Part shown: one piece after another, positions 61,726-64,000 of the stretch
Position numbering within the stretch: the first letter of the stretch is position 1
How the letters are laid out: every line of letters starts with the position of its first letter
Source: Lama guanicoe
Taxonomy: Eukaryota
Length of the DNA stretch: 64,000 nt
Direction of reading: 5' to 3'
Assembly (NCBI GenBank): GCA_013239625.1
Contig: MU054187.1
Span: 16,198,941-16,262,940 of the forward strand
Made by a program: the position numbers and the translations under genes
Notes under the pieces: model-generated
What the model saw: only the letters and a program-made list of their open reading frames with translations
What the model was told of the DNA's origin: nothing
Database searches by the model: none

Positions 61726-62275
61726 TTTTCTTTTTTAATTTTTTTCATTTTAAAATTTCTTTTTATTGAACTATAGTTGCTTTACAATGTTGTGTTAATT
61801 CCCATGTAGAGCATAATGTTTCAATTAGACATATATATTCCTTTTCATATTAATTTTCATTATAAATTATTACAAGATATTGAATATGGTTCCTAGTGCT
61901 ATACAGTAGGACCTTGTTATCTATTTTACAGTTAGTAGTTAGTATCTGCAAACCCCAAACTCCCAATTTATCCCCTTACCCTACCCTTATTCCCCTGGTA
62001 ATCATAAGTTTGTTTTCTATGTCTGTGAGTCTGTCTCTGTTTTGTAAATAGGTTTGTTTTTGTCATTTTTTTAGATTCCACATAAAAGTGATATCATATG
62101 TTATTTTTCTTTCTCTTTATGACTTGCTTCACTTAGTATGACAATCTCCAGGCCCATCTATGTTGCTGCAAAGGGCATTACTTTATTCTTTTTTATGGCT
62201 GACTAGTATTCCATTGCATATCTTCTTTATCCAGTTATCTGATGGTGGACACTTAGGTTCCTTTCATTTCTGACT
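61726..62275 (-). mobile_element. 5'-truncated L1 3' end (cetartiodactyl/camelid-type)
   Basis: tttattgaactatagttgctttacaatgttg...gtgctatacagtaggaccttg...ttagattccacataaaagtgatatcata...tttttatggctgactagtattccattg. Confidence 0.9.
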
Positions 62276-62786
62276 CTAACTCTTAAAAGTAGAGTATCTA
62301 CTGTTCTGTCCCTTTATGTCTACTATCTATGATAAAACAGCTAGTCTGGGAATTAGAATATTATTTATTTTCTATGAATGTGAGAACTTTAAATTTTTTT
62401 CTACAAATTACAAAGCAAGTCTTATAACCTCCATATAAGTAATTTGGTATCTCTAATATATACAAGGAAGCTTTTCATTTTTTAAAAAAAGAACCCATAC
62501 ATATCAGGGAGAACTAGTCATATTCTTATGAATATAAGGAAAAGTAACAATTGTTATGTTTGTTCTGGTAATAAAGGTAATGGCAGATTTTTTTGTGTAT
62601 CTTCCTTTAATAGAACATTATAGCCTTATTAAATAAAATAAAGCTAAGGCTCCAGATATAGAAGATTACACAACAAATACTTACAAGACTTCTTCCAAGT
62701 TGTTCAGTCCAAAAACATGTGGACCCCAGATTCTTATTTATAAACTACGTCAGATTAGCCTTTGACTTCTATGGCTAAAATCACCC

Positions 62787-62940
62787 TTTTTTTAAACATT
62801 TTTTATTGGTTTATAATCATTTTACAATGTTGTGTCAAATTCCAGTGTAGAGCACAATTTTTCAGTTATACATGAACATATATATATATTCATTGTCACT
62901 TTTTTTCTCTGTGAGCTACCATAAAATCTTGCGTGTATTT
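62787..62940 (-). mobile_element. Short young camelid-type L1 3' end
   Basis: ttttaaacattttttattggtttataatcattttacaatgttgtgtcaaattccagtgtagagcacaatttttcagttatacatg, recalled as an alpaca/camel L1 terminus. Confidence 0.8.
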
Positions 62941-64000
62941 TTAAAGAGGACAAATAATACATTCTGTTATATTATCTCAGCCATATTATAGAAACCTAAA
63001 ATAATGGACTAAAAATAGATATTACTTGAAAACTGTCACTTGAAATTCAGTTTGATGATGTGAACAACAACTAAAAGAAAAAAAAAGTCCCCCCAGAAAC
63101 CCACGCAGCCCAGTGGGCTGTGAATGTTTCATAGTAAAGCGAAGCCACAAAATCTTTTTCCCACTTCTGCTACATTTTTCTATCTCAAACATGCTGAGTA
63201 AATCCCTGCTCAGAGAATCACCCATCCAGAGAACACAAAACCCAGGCACACTCACCACATTACCCCTGCCCCCGAGTCCAGACAGCTTATTGTAAATCAC
63301 AAAATAAACAGATACACTGAAAAGTCCCTCTACTGCAGAAGCCTTACAGAGTCATGTCAGAAGGTCTCAGAAACTAGTCACTAGATTAAAGAATGGGAAG
63401 TGGTTAGATCATGTGGCATGTGGTTAATCTAAGTCACAAATTTCATAGTGTTTGTGGGAAATCCTCAGAAGCAGAAATTCTAAAAAGAAAAGTAAAAAAG
63501 TATCATCATGGGCACAGGCATTTCTAGAATAAATTATGGCTTCTATTTATATGAAGATCTAAACTTATTTAACCCAAGTTAATAATATGTTTTGTAGAGG
63601 TTTTTTTAAAAAAAATTTACAGGGAGAAATATATGGGAAAATTCTTATATTTTCTATTTTATAATATAGTATGGTATTTTACGTTAATTCCCTTTTGAGT
63701 TACTCTTTTACCATCTGAAAACTAAGATAAATTATGCATTCCTCACATCTGGTACATGATTAATTTACCAAATACATATGTGTGTATAGATATTCACACA
63801 CACATGTACATTCACATGTGCATACATGTGTGTAAATAGCCAGTTTATCGTATTTGCTATGAATTTCCTTCTATTTATTTCATGAAAATTATTCTCTCAT
63901 GCTATACAAAATCCCAACTGGAAAGTCAGACAGACAGAGGTTTCAGTGACCAGGTAATCTCAAAAGGATACTATCTGGGGACAGTGAGTAACTTTGTCCT

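Noticed and set aside
1488..63300. Six-frame ORFs of 60-115 aa as protein-coding genes
   Set aside because: None resembles a protein family I recognise. Many use non-ATG starts, are low-complexity or lie in repeats, and their lengths are typical of chance ORFs.
63401..63411. TGGTTAGATCA, an 11-nt match to the complement of miR-218
   Set aside because: The match does not extend to the mature sequence and no precursor hairpin is evident
63775..63840. Hairpin cacacatgta...tacatgtgtg
   Set aside because: Self-complementarity is trivial in alternating purine-pyrimidine low-complexity sequence

Overview
AT-rich, CpG-depleted mammalian non-coding DNA. It is most likely camelid: young L1 3' ends resemble alpaca/camel L1 from memory, and I saw no Alu, B1, Bov-tA/Bov-A2 or PRE-1 SINEs. 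There is no recognisable protein-coding gene, rRNA, tRNA, miRNA or CRISPR array, and the supplied ORFs are short chance ORFs or repeat-derived. Much of the window is interspersed repeat: old MIR, L2, L1M, MaLR (MLT1), ERVL/ERV1 LTRs and hAT-Charlie elements, plus younger 5'-truncated L1 tails. The most functional-looking segment is a transposon-poor block at ~44.0-49.2 kb. It carries a strong CTCF motif, a POU/PBX/FOX/homeodomain motif cluster, local CpG enrichment and several well-formed plus-strand exon candidates (44015-44115, 46946-47232, 47396-47957) with small ORFs. This pattern fits the 5' end or an alternative promoter of a long, possibly neural, gene or a conserved lncRNA, but I could not identify the gene. 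The clearest directly visible oddity is a 121-bp, 94%-identical, ungapped local copy of an internal L1 segment 2 kb away, consistent with a templated insertion. All repeat subfamily names come from recalled consensus sequences and need RepeatMasker/Dfam confirmation. I found no convincing evidence of a novel biological system.
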